Below, in pieces: positions 10,299 through 22,611 of a DNA stretch of 64,000 bases. This DNA comes from Octopus sinensis (lineage: Eukaryota): assembly GCF_006345805.1 (NCBI RefSeq), contig NC_043005.1, forward strand, positions 45,942,001 through 46,006,000, written 5' to 3'. Below the pieces are notes generated by a model. The model saw only the letters and a program-made list of their open reading frames with translations. It searched no databases and was not told where the DNA came from. Both the position numbers and the translations under genes were made by a program. Each line of letters opens with the position of its first letter. Positions within the stretch are counted from its first letter, which is position 1.

Positions 10299-13279
10299 GG
10301 TATTTTGGGCAAGTGTCTTCTACTATAGCCTGGGTTTGACAAAAGCTTTATTAGTAGATTTGGTAGACAAAAACTATAAAAACATTATGTGTGTGTGTGT
10401 GTGTGCCTGTATGTGTGTGGCCATGTTGCATTCGTCCTCCACCACCACTTGACAACCAGTTTTGGCCTATGCTACTGTAACTTAACAGTTTGGCAAAAGT
10501 GACAGATTAAGTACCGGACTAAAAAAAAAAATGAAAAGAGAAAAAAGTTGGTACAAGGATCAGTTCATTCAACTAAACCCTTCAAGGTGGTCCTCTAGCA
10601 TGGTCACAGTCCAATGAGTGAAACATGTAAAAGACAAACGATACTTGTTCAGGTATTACTCTACATTGTTTTATCTTTCCAAGTTTCCTCGTTTACTAAT
10701 TACTTCCCATTATCTAAGTTCCCCTTCTATTCTCTGTGAGTGTTTAGTGTACACTGTACAGTGATTTTCAGGAAATGGAGCTAGAATTTTATATATTTTC
10801 AGATCAATTTATTTCTTTGTTTTTCTTTGCTCCCCGACTTCCACTTTGTTTCCTATACCCCCAAAGTTAATAAGAGATTGCAGAAAATTTTACCATATTT
10901 CAAAGCTTCACAACCTCAAAAGTATTGATTTTTTTCATCAAATATTACACACACATAATATATATTATTTAATAGAGAACATCTAAAAAGGGTAAATCTA
11001 AAACAAAAATATTCACTTATTTTTTCACATATACTTACAAAAAACATGAAAGAGAAGGATTAAAGGCATTCCAGTTACGCTGATATTCTCTATCCGCTCT
11101 ATTCAGTGACTACATTATCAAATGTATCCTAGCTTCTCCAAGATTTGCAAGAAGTGAGATTTGCAAGAAATTTGGCTATTATTTCTAGCAGGTTAAGCAG
11201 CTATGCAGAGACTCCTACACTGACCCATGGTGAGCACTACTGAAAATGAGAGTCAAAAACCAAGCAAACAATTTATAACCAATCAAGCAATTTGTACAAC
11301 CAAAAGGTTATAAATATTTATGACCTTTTAGCATTCAGATTACTCGTCAAATGTAATGCTTATTTATTCATACTGTCTTGAATTTAGTTTGCATTATTTC
11401 ATAGCTTTGAATTTTGATGATGTGATTGTTTATTTTTAGAATGACATTGTAGGGTAGGTGTAAGAGGTTGGATCTGGTCAGTTTAACAGATGATCTGTTA
11501 CGACCTGTTAATGGAACTTACTGGTGGTGCCACATATACATTGTACACTGTTTAATTACAAGGAAGCGTCAATTTTTTTTTTTGCACTTTTAAAATGTTT
11601 CATAATTAAACTTCAATATTTAGCACTCATGATAGTTAAATATCCTTGAAACCATGCCGAAGATACAAAATAAAATATTTACTTAAATCATGAAAATGTA
11701 CTACCAGCGGTGCACATGGCAGTTAATGTGTTAAACATTTAGAATATTTAGGAAGAGATATTCTTTCATTCAGTAATGCTGTTGCAGTCATGCTGAAGCA
11801 CAAAAGGGTTAAAAGCCAGTCTCAATTTTCATTTAAAATTGATTCTCCGACAGATGACCTTGAAACAGTCTAAAAACATTACTATTTCCTTTCACATCGC
11901 TGAAAAATTACAGATCAATGATCCAGAAATGATAAATATTTATGTAATTCAAATACTTTGTAACAGAAGAGTTGGCTGTCTATAATAAAGAGACAATGCC
12001 AATTATTTAGCATTTTATTTAGAGTAAAACATACATAGTCTTTTCTTATATTCTAATGGATAATTCTATTGCTTTCTCTCAAACTCTAAAATAGTTGAAT
12101 ATCATTCAACCACTACCGTGGATGGATATATTCTTAAGTCCATCATTTCATCAATCGCAGCAGCTTCCAAGCTTCACCACTAATTCAGTTCTCAACTAAA
12201 CTGCAAACTGTTAATAGTTTTAAAGAGGACACCTCCTCAACTACTTTGCCATAAATAGTTTGAGATTTGGTCCAGTAGAAAATAAGTTACAAGGGGGGCA
12301 GTAAGGTAGATATTCATCTTCAAATATAAATTTAAAAATTTTAAACTAAAAGTATACCTTTCTTAGGCTTAAATGATAGAAAAATGCATGAGGAATTCAG
12401 AATCTCTAGTTGTATTGAACAAAAATTAGTAGCAAAAGTGTTATGAGGTAAAATGTTACGAAATTTCATGTCAGGAAGTAACTATTTCTCTCGGAGGGGA
12501 TTTTCACTTTGAAGAATTTCACTGGAGGTTTTTTGCACCACCATACTAAGACTGTATTCTTACTTCCATTAGTAAGTTGTTTATGGAAGACCAGCAGTCA
12601 CCCATGCATACCAGCTTCCCCTCTCCACACCACTGTTATCCAAGGGAAAGGTAAAGGCCGATACAGCTTGGTACCTGTGACACCGCAACTCCTTTATACA
12701 GCTAAGTGAAAACTTGAGCAACAGGAAATAAAGTGTTTTGCTCAAGAACACAACACAGCCTGGTCTGGTAATCAAACTCACTAATTCATGACCATGTGCC
12801 CGACGCTCTAACCACTGAGCCAAGCACCTTCACATTGTATGTGTGTGTGTGTGCGTGTGTATATTTATATATGAACCATGTATAACCATTGCATTCTGAA
12901 CAGTATGTTGATCTCTCCATACCCACCATGTTCCATGACTTCATTGAACACTTTTTCTGACATGAAGTGAATTTTGTAGATGGAAACTGTGTGGAAGCCA
13001 ATCGTGTGTGTGTGTGTATGTGTGTGCGTGCACACATTTTTGTGCCTGCATTTATTCCTCCACTACTTCACAACTAGTGTCAATTTGTCTCCAGAACAAA
13101 GCACTTCAGTAAAAGAGACCAACAAAGTAAGGGCTTAGTCAAACTGTTCAGCCAAACCCTTCAAGGCCATGTCCCAGCATAGCAACAGCCTAATGACAGA
13201 AACAAAAGTTTTTGCTAAATGAAGTCTACAGTAGGTGACTTGATCAGAGACCATGTGTTGAAACTGAAGCAGCTACAGC

Positions 13280-13505
13280 ACGAAAGAGCCATATTTTAAT
13301 CATTTAACAACATAGAAATTGTTAAAGTCATTTTCCATTTATTTCTTGAGGTGTCAAAATTCATTTCTCAAGTTGCAACAGAATTGCATCAATGATTAGA
13401 TTGCAGTTGCCTGATGAGAAAATTCTGACACCTCATGAAATAAAAGGAAAGCAAATTTAGCAGATTTTGGTGTGTTTTTAAATGGCTAAAATGACTTTTC
13501 TATAA
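13280..13505. mobile_element. Palindromic MITE
   Basis: ttccatttatttcttgaggtgtcaaaatt vs aattctgacacctcatgaaataaaaggaa; pairing extends outward. Confidence 0.7.
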
Positions 13506-13979
13506 TGGAATCCATAGCCCAGGTTTAATATCCAATAAACAGATCATTTGTTAATTTGATAGTCTTCGCAAAAGTAACAACAGTGTATGGTTCCAAGCAG
13601 GTAAAGTATTTATACTACCAATACTTGGGTCATGAGTTAAAATATACTACAAGCTTTTCACTGTGTTTCAGGAATAGATAACTGATACTATGAGGATGTT
13701 AGCTGTCACATACCAATATCCTGTCATCGTTATCATTGTTTTAAAGTTTGTCATTTCATGCTTGTATGAGTTGGATGGAGTTTTTATTGATGTAGATTTT
13801 CCTATCACCAACCTTTATTTGTTACCAAGCAAGCTAATATTTTCCCATGTCCACACGTTTTTGCAGAACACTGAAAATAAATGACGCTGCTTGTATGACA
13901 GTGACACTCATTTACATCAATCATACTATGTCAAGACAAGGAGACATAAAAACACATGCACACACGCGCGTGCGCGATA

Positions 13980-14320
13980 GGCTTCTTTCAGTCTCCAAAT
14001 CCACTCACGACTGGCACTCTATTGGTTACAACAATAAGAGTTCCAATCAACGGAACAGCCTGCTTGCAAAATTAACATGCAAGTGATTGAGCACTCCAGA
14101 CATGCATATCCTTAATGGGAATCTCAGGGATATTCAATGTGACACAGAATGTGATAAGGCCCTTTGAAATACAGGCACTATTTATTTTTGCCGGCTGAAT
14201 GGAATGAAGCAACAATGGAATAAAGCATCTTGCTCAAGGGGACAACATGCTGTCAGTAATCAAACTCAAGAACTCATGATTGTAAGTCAAATACCCCTTA
14301 CAGCTAAGCCATGCCCTTTC
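13980..14320 (-). mobile_element. SINE family E copy (CORE-like), decayed
   Basis: Reverse match to the copy at 48636-48885 and to the tail of 53286-53667. Confidence 0.7.
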
Positions 14321-15664
14321 ATTTAAATTCACTCCCAAGGTTTTGGTTGGCATGAGCCTATATTAGAAGACACCCAGGATTCTACACAATACAGTTGAAC
14401 TAAAAACCATGAGAATTTGGAAGCAATCTTCCTAACCATACAGCCACACCTGTACCTTTGTAGAAAATAAAATCCTCATCCATTTAATACTATAAAATCA
14501 TAATGACCTTATCAGCTCCTGAATATGACATTAGAAACAAAATGCATAAATGAATAAAGAACATATGTATCAAGTTCAAATTTTTTTCATTGTTTCCAGT
14601 CAGAATAATTCTATATGCTTTATCTGAAATTTATGGAAAACATGAAATAGAAAAAAAAGTTTTGTCCCCCCAGGTGGTAGGAGATTTACCTGTCATTGAC
14701 TTTAATATTAAAGAGTCCCCAGTCATTTAACATTTTATAAATATCTCTTGTTTGGCTGGGACATGTGAGATAATTTATCATGATTAATTAAGAAATTATT
14801 TTAGCTATGACAGTTATGCAGCATTAACTCCTTGGGTTATCAAACTACTTAATTTACTTTCCTTCTAACATGACAGGACAATGTTTCCTGAGCAGAGTCA
14901 CAGAAAGAAAATAAATAAATAAATAAATATTGGAAGAAGCGTTGTTATAAAATATAATAGTTTCAAATGTCAAGACAATGCCAAAAACTGGAGTGGGTGA
15001 AGGAAGAAACAGTTGATTAGATCAACATCAGTAGTTGACTGGTTCATATATCACCAACAGCCTGAAGGATAAAAAGTGAATCTGACACCAGTAGAATATG
15101 AACTAAGTGTAAACATGTAACTCTTAAATGCTGGAAGCACAAGTATGGATAACTAAGTCAGGATACTATATTATTAAGTATCATAAAACTCACTAAATGT
15201 AGTAGACTGTTTTCATTGAGATATGATATATATCTTATCTTTTGTTTCAGTTATTTCACAGCAACTATGGTGGAGCACACCGCCTTGGAGGGATTTAGTC
15301 GAACAAAGTGGACTTGTTTGTTTTTTGTTTTTAAAGCCTACTTTTATTCTATCAATTCTCTTTTGCCAAACCATTAAGTTATGGGGATGCAAACACACTA
15401 ACACAGATTGTTAAGCAGTGGTGGGAGACAAACACAGACACATTTTCAATATATATATAAGAAAAAATTATTAAATAGTACAATACAGTAGTATTGCTTC
15501 TCAGCAAAACAAAGCACCATCAGCTTAAAGTATAAATATAGGATAGTGATGTACCACGGTTTTTGTGTGTTTCTTAAATGGCTTATAAACACCTTCCATG
15601 CTGCAATTGTTTTCGTTCTAGCACACGATCTCAGATCAGGTCACTTGCTGATATCTTTGTAATA

Positions 15665-16050
15665 TCTTTATATATAAAAGTGAAGTTGTGTGTCTGTCTC
15701 CTATGATTTAGATTCCTAACTACTCCCACATTTTGCGGTGCAGTTTAACCAAAACCGGGTATCTTATAGTCGTGATTCATATCGAGCCCTTCTGGATATT
15801 AGCGCGCGTCTACGATGAGTCTACGATTTTTAAAATAATTTACCATCATTTCTTTCCATTTTAATGCATTTTTTCGCTATTATATAAGGGAAGTAACTCT
15901 CTAAAAATGTCTACGATGAGTCAACGATTTTAAAAAAAATTTACCATAATTTTTTCCCATTTTTTTTGCTATTTTTTGGCTATAACTCTCTAAAAATGCT
16001 TATATAGTTATTTCCCTTACAAACCCGAGCAACGCCGGGCGATACTGCTA

Positions 16051-16051
<1 letters not shown>
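15665..16051 (+). mobile_element. Non-autonomous Helitron (387 bp)
   Basis: A|TC start (15665), subterminal hairpin cccgagcaacgccggg (16024-39), CTAG|T end (16048-51). Internal ~100-bp duplication gtctacgatgagtc..acgatttt. CpGs intact. Confidence 0.85.
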
Positions 16052-16085
<34 letters not shown>

Positions 16086-16650
16086 TATATAAGAAGTTTG
16101 CTTCCCAACCGCCTGGTTCCATACAACGAGCTTCTTTCAGTTTCCGTCAACCAAATCCACCCAAGGAGCCAAGCAGTGGGACTGAGCCTGGAACCAGGCG
16201 GTTGGGAAGCAAACTTCTTACTTATACAGCTATGCCTGAGCCTATTTATTTTCCAAATAGGTATTCCAAAAATACAGGCAAACTCAAGATTTTAGGAAGT
16301 ACGTACAGCAACCTATGCTAAAATAAAGCTAGATAGATACCATCACAAATAATTCTTCCATCACACACACATAAAAAAAGAAAAGAAAATGGAAACAAAG
16401 AAAAGAAAGAAAACTGAAACAAATAAAAATAGACGATGGATACATAATTGATTTCAGTGAAACACTTCCTTCAAACAGCAGTTTCATGGGGGAAAAAAAA
16501 AGTTCTAATGAAATATATATATATGAAAGAAAGTAAATATTTAAAATATAAAAAAAAGACTGCAAAACATTACTGTAAATGGTGCAATCACTGAATTCTT
16601 TTTTGATATATAGAAAAATAAAGGAGATTGTTAAACTGTTTGCTTTGCAG

Positions 16651-16756
16651 ATACCGATGCAATCAACAAAAGGCTTTAGTGTTTGACTATGTCAACTGTG
16701 GATGTTTGAATGACGTTCTAGTTTAGTGAAAAGGAGCCAGGGGAAGAGAGAACCAG
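16651..16756 (+). other. Candidate exon (terminal-coding or non-coding)
   Basis: tgtttgctttgcag|ATACCG...GAACCAG|gtaagt. Good acceptor and perfect donor; stops in all frames. Confidence 0.3.
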
Positions 16757-17824
16757 GTAAGTTAACAAATGTCTACACAAATAAGAAGTGGCATCTAATT
16801 TATTACTCCGTATCACAGTTACACAGTCTCTCTCTCTCTTTCTTTCTTTCTTTCTGTCTCTCTTTCTTTCTCAGGAGGAAAGCTAGGTTGTAAACATAGC
16901 ATCTGTTGTCTTCTTATTAAGACCGACTGACTGCTTGCTTCCTTGCTTGCCTTGTTTACATATGTAAACTGACCTTGCAACACGAAACTACATACAGAAG
17001 GCAGTGTTTCTCGTTGAGTGTATATGAATGTGTGTGCGCGCACACAACTATATACACGCACCTCAAACACGGATGTGTACATCAATCAACACATGTATAA
17101 TGCAAATTTATATACGTAAAAACCAGATAGAGATGGAGAGAGAGAGAGAGATAGACACATGCATATAAAACATTAATATGCTTAAATATATACGTATTCA
17201 TATACACATGCATTATGTATAGTTATGTGTTTATAAACCTTAGTATGTATCATGTATGTATACATACACACTTGTTCGTATACACGCGCGCATAAGATAA
17301 ATAGATATTCATATGAACAAACAATCCAGGTGTGTGTGTGTGTGTGTCACATACACACATATTCCATATCAGCATGGAAACCGGATGTTAAACCGTAATG
17401 ATTCATAAGTACCCAGTAAGCTAACCAACATGTGGAACATTTCACCAGAACAGTTATGCATATTTATATTGTTCCTTGCCCTTCTCTTCTCTCTTTAGCC
17501 ACAGTACATCGATATTCCGAAGGAGGGCAATCTCCTTCATGCCATAATTACTCCTTTTCACTCCGTTGAATGTAAATCTAATAATTTTGATTGCGAACTA
17601 GTCTTGCTTTTCGTTTTTTTGACCCCCAACACACACACATATAAGGCAAAGGTATGCCCGTATGATTGAGAAGTTTGTTTCCCAACCAGAAGGTTTTGGG
17701 TTCAATTCCATTGGATGGCATCATTGGCAGGTGTCTTTTGCAATAGCATTGGGTCAACAAAAGTTTTGAATGGATTTGGTAGAGGGAACCTCAAAAGAAG
17801 CCTATCAGATATATATGATGCACT

Positions 17825-18003
17825 CGACGGAAGGAAAAATCATCAGCACTGGCAGAGAGCTCTTTCAAATGCAGCCGATCTATGCGTGACTGCCACTCTT
17901 GTGAGGGCTTGTACAGCCACAACAGACACTGCACCAGCATCAGCAGGTGACACGATTTCTTTGGGCGCAGATCCATAGCCTCTCGAGACTGACGGATGCC
18001 TAC
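17825..18003 (+). pseudogene. 3' end of RTE (BovB-like) LINE
   Basis: In-frame RRKEKSSALAESSFKCSRSMRDCHSCEGLYSHNRHCTSISR* matches the RTE C-terminal C-x2-C..RDCHSRIGLYSH..RC zinc motif; tail tccatagcctctcgagactgacggatgcc. Confidence 0.75.
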
Positions 18004-18009
18004 TTTATA

Positions 18010-18246
18010 TATTGGCGGACTGGTCAGGTTACCAGCTTGCCCGATGGCAAGTGGGCCCCCTGCACCATTAGAATCCATATATGGGGGCTCATGCTAGTAT
18101 CTAAGGGGCCCATTCCCTCAAGTTTTAGAATTTTTTATTCACTCTTGAAAAGAATACTTTCAACAAAAAAAAAAATTAAATGATAGCATTGTAGTTGCCC
18201 CCTTAGTCTCCTGGCAACCAATATTTTTAGACGCAGTCCGCCACTG
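18010..18246. mobile_element. Probable hAT-like MITE
   Basis: Ends tattggcggactgg / gcagtccgccactg, internal gggcccc motifs. No TSD seen. Confidence 0.45.
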
Positions 18247-18289
18247 TATATGTATGAAAGAATATTACTGCACTGTTCCAAAAGTCCCA

Positions 18290-18520
18290 GCTCTCCCATC
18301 TAAGGTGAGGACCATGTACAGCAATAGCTTGGGATTCAAGGGTCCACAGCTATTTAACACCTTGCCAAAACATCTGAAATATTTCCATGGATGGTTGTAG
18401 ATATTTTCAAGAAACAACTTGACCTCTTGCTATCCAAGATCCTAGATGAACCAATATCAAGGCAGGAAGCTCCAAAGAGGGCAGGAGTAATGAACTCCCT
18501 CCTTCACCAAAAGCCAATCA
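18290..18520 (+). pseudogene. CR1/jockey-group LINE 3' ORF fragment
   Basis: KVRTMYSNSLGFKGPQLFNTLPKHL...DIFKKQLDLLLSKILDEP; same family as 32030-32450. Confidence 0.75.
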
Positions 18521-18627
18521 CATAAAATTAACCAATTAAAATGTGATTACATATAATAGAAAAATATTACATATAATAGAATAATAGAATATATATATAT
18601 GTATATATATTCTGGTCACATGGAGGA

Positions 18628-18654
<27 letters not shown>

Positions 18655-18662
<8 letters not shown>

Positions 18663-19005
18663 ATACTTCAAAATGGTCATTTTTTTCTTGCCAAATAAAC
18701 ACATGCACTAAATATATTCGGTCTTCACTTGTTCATTATTATTGTTCTTATTCTATGTCCACTGTCTGAAATTTTTCGTCACACACCTCTGACCTTTTCA
18801 GCGATTCTCCATCCCACGTGTCTCCCATCTCATGCGTCTCCTCCTGCTCCACAAGGAGACATATGGCATGGAAAGTCGGTGCAGAGACCAGAGGTGTGTA
18901 ACAAAAGATTTCAGAACAATAATAATAAACAAGGGAAGAATTAATATATAGTGCGTGTGTTTATTTGGCAAGAAAAATAGTGACCATCCCGAAACATAAC
19001 AATAT
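18655..19005. mobile_element. Foldback/MITE-like element next to (AT)n
   Basis: atggtcattttttcttgccaaataaacacatgcacta vs tagtgcgtgtgtttatttggcaagaaaaatagtgaccat; inner arms tcacacacctctg / cagaggtgtgtaa. Confidence 0.8.
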
Positions 19006-19087
19006 CTCTTTTGACACACAATTTCACAAGAAACTTGCAAAACAAATTCATAAACATGTGTATATATTTACATTACATATATATATA

Positions 19088-20886
19088 TCAAGATTAATCA
19101 GCCGAAATTACTACGATGATCCGGTTCTTGACTGAAGACTGAGGGGTTCGAATGTCCTGTCCATGTTTATTGTGTCGTCTTCTAAGAGTTATACGTTCTT
19201 GTCCATGTTGTATTTTTTTACATACCTTAACATATATTCCAGGCGCCCCGTACCCCCCTTATCATTAATGTGAGCACATATTCTTAATAATTGGTACGAC
19301 TCTCTTTTTGTCTCTCTCTCTCTCTCATTTTTACTTGATCTGTCCCCCTCTCTCTCTCTCTCTCTTCTCTCTACTCATCCTCTTTTTCTCTTCTCTTTAC
19401 CCTCCTATTTCTTTGTCTCGCTCTGCACTCACAGGTCATTCTTCGACACCCATCCCTTCTCCTCTCTGATCCCTTCTTTCTCTCTCTTCTCTCTCTTTGT
19501 TGCGTTTTGTCCCTCGTCTCTCTCTCTCTTCCTTTGCTTCTCTTTCTTTTCTTTTCCCTCTTCTCTGTCACGTGACTGTTGGCCGAAATCTGCCTTTCAG
19601 CTCCTGACCCTCGTCGTGTTAACATCGTTGTTTTTCGTCCGCCGCTATAAAGGCTTCTTCCAATGCGCCAGAGAAAAAATTTGTTTGCTTGTTATCAGTC
19701 GTAAGACACTTGTTGTTTTCACCGTTAATGCTTCTGTATTTCATGTTCTGTATTCCATTATTGTTTTTTGTTTTTTTTATATCTGTCCCTTTTGCTGTCC
19801 TGGTGTTCGTATGCATTCGATCCTTCTTCCAGGAAATCTACGCTTCCAGCTTAGTTTTTCTAATGCTCGTTGCTTAGTTTTTCTTGGAGGGCTGGCCGTG
19901 ATCTAGTAATCTCAAGATTAATCAGCCGAAATTACTACGATGATCCGGTTCTTGACTGAAGACTGAGGGGTTCGAATGTCCTGTCCATGTTTATTGTGTC
20001 GTCTTCTAAGAGTTATACGTTCTTGTCCATGTTGTATTTTTTTACATACCTTAACATATATTCCAGGCGCCCCGTACCCCCCTTATCATTAATGTGAGCA
20101 CATATTCTTAATAATTGGTACGACTCTCTTTTTGTCTCTCTCTCTCTCTCATTTTTACTTGATCTGTCCCCCTCTCTCTCTCTCTCTCTTCTCTCTACTC
20201 ATCCTCTTTTTCTCTTCTCTTTACCCTCCTATTTCTTTGTCTCGCTCTGCACTCACAGGTCATTCTTCGACACCCATCCCTTCTCCTCTCTGATCCCTTC
20301 TTTCTCTCTCTTCTCTCTCTTTGTTGCGTTTTGTCCCTCGTCTCTCTCTCTCTTCCTTTGCTTCTCTTTCTTTTCTTTTCCCTCTTCTCTGTCACGTGAC
20401 TGTTGGCCGAAATCTGCCTTTCAGCTCCTGACCCTCGTCGTGTTAACATCGTTGTTTTTCGTCCGCCGCTATAAAGGCTTCTTCCAATGCGCCAGAGAAA
20501 AAATTTGTTTGCTTGTTATCAGTCGTAAGACACTTGTTGTTTTCACCGTTAATGCTTCTGTATTTCATGTTTCTGTATTCCATTATTGTTTTTTGTTTTT
20601 TTTTATATCTGTCCCTTTTGCTGTCCTGGTGTTCGTATGCATTCGATCCTTCTTCCAGGAAATCTACGCTTCCAGCTTAGTTTTTCTAATGCTCGTTGCT
20701 TAGTTTTTCTTGGAGGGCTGGCCGTGATCTAGTAATCTCAAGATTAATCAGCCGAAATTACTACGATGATCCGGTTCTTGACTGAAGACTGAGGGGTTCG
20801 AATGTCCTGTCCATGTTTATTGTGTCGTCTTCTAAGAGTTATACGTTCTTGTCCATGTTGTATTTTTTTACATACCTTAACATATA
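19088..20886 (+). mobile_element. Tandem array of 824 + 826 bp units plus a ~149-bp partial unit, inserted in (AT)n; Penelope-like/retrozyme-like non-autonomous retroelement
   Basis: Units start with tcaagattaatcagccg at 19088, 19912 and 20738. Near-identical, differing in homopolymer length. Both flanks are (AT)n, and the 3' end stops at the internal catatat. Confidence 0.8.
19904..19966 (+). ncRNA. Putative permuted/pseudoknotted hammerhead motif at the unit junction (repeated at ~20730-20792)
   Basis: TAGTAAT-C(19911)-TCAAGA-ttaa-TCAG-cc-GAA-ATTACTA-(12 nt)-TCTTGA-CTGAAGA-CTGA. Helix III 7 bp, helix I 6 bp, helix II 4 bp with 2 extra C. Confidence 0.5.
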
Positions 20887-21124
20887 TATATATATATATA
20901 TATATAAATATATAGTTTAAGAATTTAATTTCTTCCTGAAGGTCATTCATCACCCACAATGTTTGTAAACAAAATCCATTTCTCCAGAAGGAAATTGAAA
21001 AGAAAGCATGATGCATCTGAGCAGAGACATGCACTGTGACAGCAACTAAACAGCAACTGACTCTCACCTGCTGCCCACCTTTATGCCAACTGTTGTTGCC
21101 TAGCAACATTTAGTCTATCTTAAC

Positions 21125-21540
21125 ACTCAGAGTTCAAATTCTGCTATGGTTGACTTTACCTTTCATCTTTTCAGGCTCGATGAAATAAGTACCAGTTGAG
21201 TACTGGGGTCAATGTAATCAACTAGCCTCTCACCCCACCCCCAAAATTCAGGCCTTGTGCCTATTGTAGAAAGGTTAGGTTTATTATTATTATTATTATT
21301 ATCATTATTAATAATGATAATAATCCTTTCTACTCTAGGCACAAGGCCTGTAATTTGGGAGAGAGCAACTAGTTGATTACACTGACCCCAGTGTTTCACT
21401 GGTACTTAATTCATTGACCCCGAAAGGATGAAAGGTAAGGCAACCTCGGCAGAATTTGAACTCAGAATGTAAAAATGGATGAAATGCTGCTAAGCATTTT
21501 GCCCGGTGTGCTAACGATACTGCCAACTCGCCACCTTGCC
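21125..21540. mobile_element. Two divergent SINE B fragments around an (ATT)n tail
   Basis: Family B central motif in both orientations. Confidence 0.7.
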
Positions 21541-22139
21541 AGAGAAGAAGCACTAGTCATTGTGGATGTAGGGATTTCAATGGCTTCAACATTGACAAAT
21601 TAATAAAACAAATCTAGTATGCATACTTGTGCATGTGATTGCATTTTTGTTTGCACATAGTAAGGACAACATTAATTTGACTGGCCTTCATAGATACAAA
21701 ACGAAAGCCCTTCAGTTTGTTTGTAAAATATAATTAAATGGAAAGTGGACTGCCTTTGATACAGCTTGTTGTTCCCTAGAATGTGTCAAGGTGTCATGTA
21801 ACAGAACATTATTGCCATTCTGATGAGATTGCTTTTAAGTAGAAATTCTAGATGGCTGATATAATCACCACTTATAACTGTCTATCTCAGACATCTTGAC
21901 AAAGGTTAAACTAGCCTGTCTGACCTAGCTTCATTTTCAGTACTACCTTGAACAGTCATTAGTCTTTGATCATTATCATCACTACTGCCAAGGCTGCTAC
22001 CACCATCAATCACAAAATTTGATTTTCCATGCCAGTAAATGGCAGGACAGATCTCCCATAAAAACCTTTCCCCTAATCAAGATCCTGTGTTCTTGTATCA
22101 GTAATAACTAATATTATCTTCAAGTCTTTTCTAAATACA

Positions 22140-22510
22140 CACAGGCATGGCTATGTGGTAAGAAGCTTGCTTCCTATCAATATGGTTCTATGTTCAGTTC
22201 CATTGCTTGACACCTTGGGTAAGTGTCTTCTACTATTGCCCTAAGCTAACCAAAGGCTTGAGTGGATTTGGTAGATGAAAACTGAAAGAAGCTTGTTTCA
22301 TATGTGTGTGTCTTTATGTTTGTCCCCCACTACCACTTGACAACCAGTGTTTGTTTATGTACCTGTGACTTTGCAGTCTAACACAAGAGACCAATAAAAT
22401 AAGAACCAGGCTTTAAAAAATAAATACTGAGGCAGATTCATTCAACTAGAACTCAGAGGTGATGCTCCAGCATGGCTGCAGTCCAATTACCGAAACCAGT
22501 AAAATATATA
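22140..22510 (+). mobile_element. SINE family A copy
   Basis: Head and body motifs as in the other family A copies. Confidence 0.8.
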
Positions 22511-22611
22511 ATTTTTTAATTTACCTCAGTAAGTTCAGGTATGGCAGTGCAATCAAATGTTTGCTTAGCAACCATGTGGTTTCATATTTAATCCCACAGT
22601 ATAATTGAACC

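Noticed and set aside
19956-19985. Conventional minimal type I hammerhead CTGAAGA..CGAATGTC within one unit
   Set aside because: GAAA is incomplete, there is no stem II, and no stem I after GTC. Only the permuted pairing with upstream strands fits.
19371-20703. Duplicated ORFs (R/K/E-rich 84 aa; hydrophobic 87-96 aa)
   Set aside because: They are translations of CT-rich simple sequence inside the tandem units, and they frameshift between copies.
21820-21860. CTGATGA...GAAA hammerhead-like spacing (also 13411, 48360 minus, 55030, 60953)
   Set aside because: No compatible stems I-III or NUH triplet.
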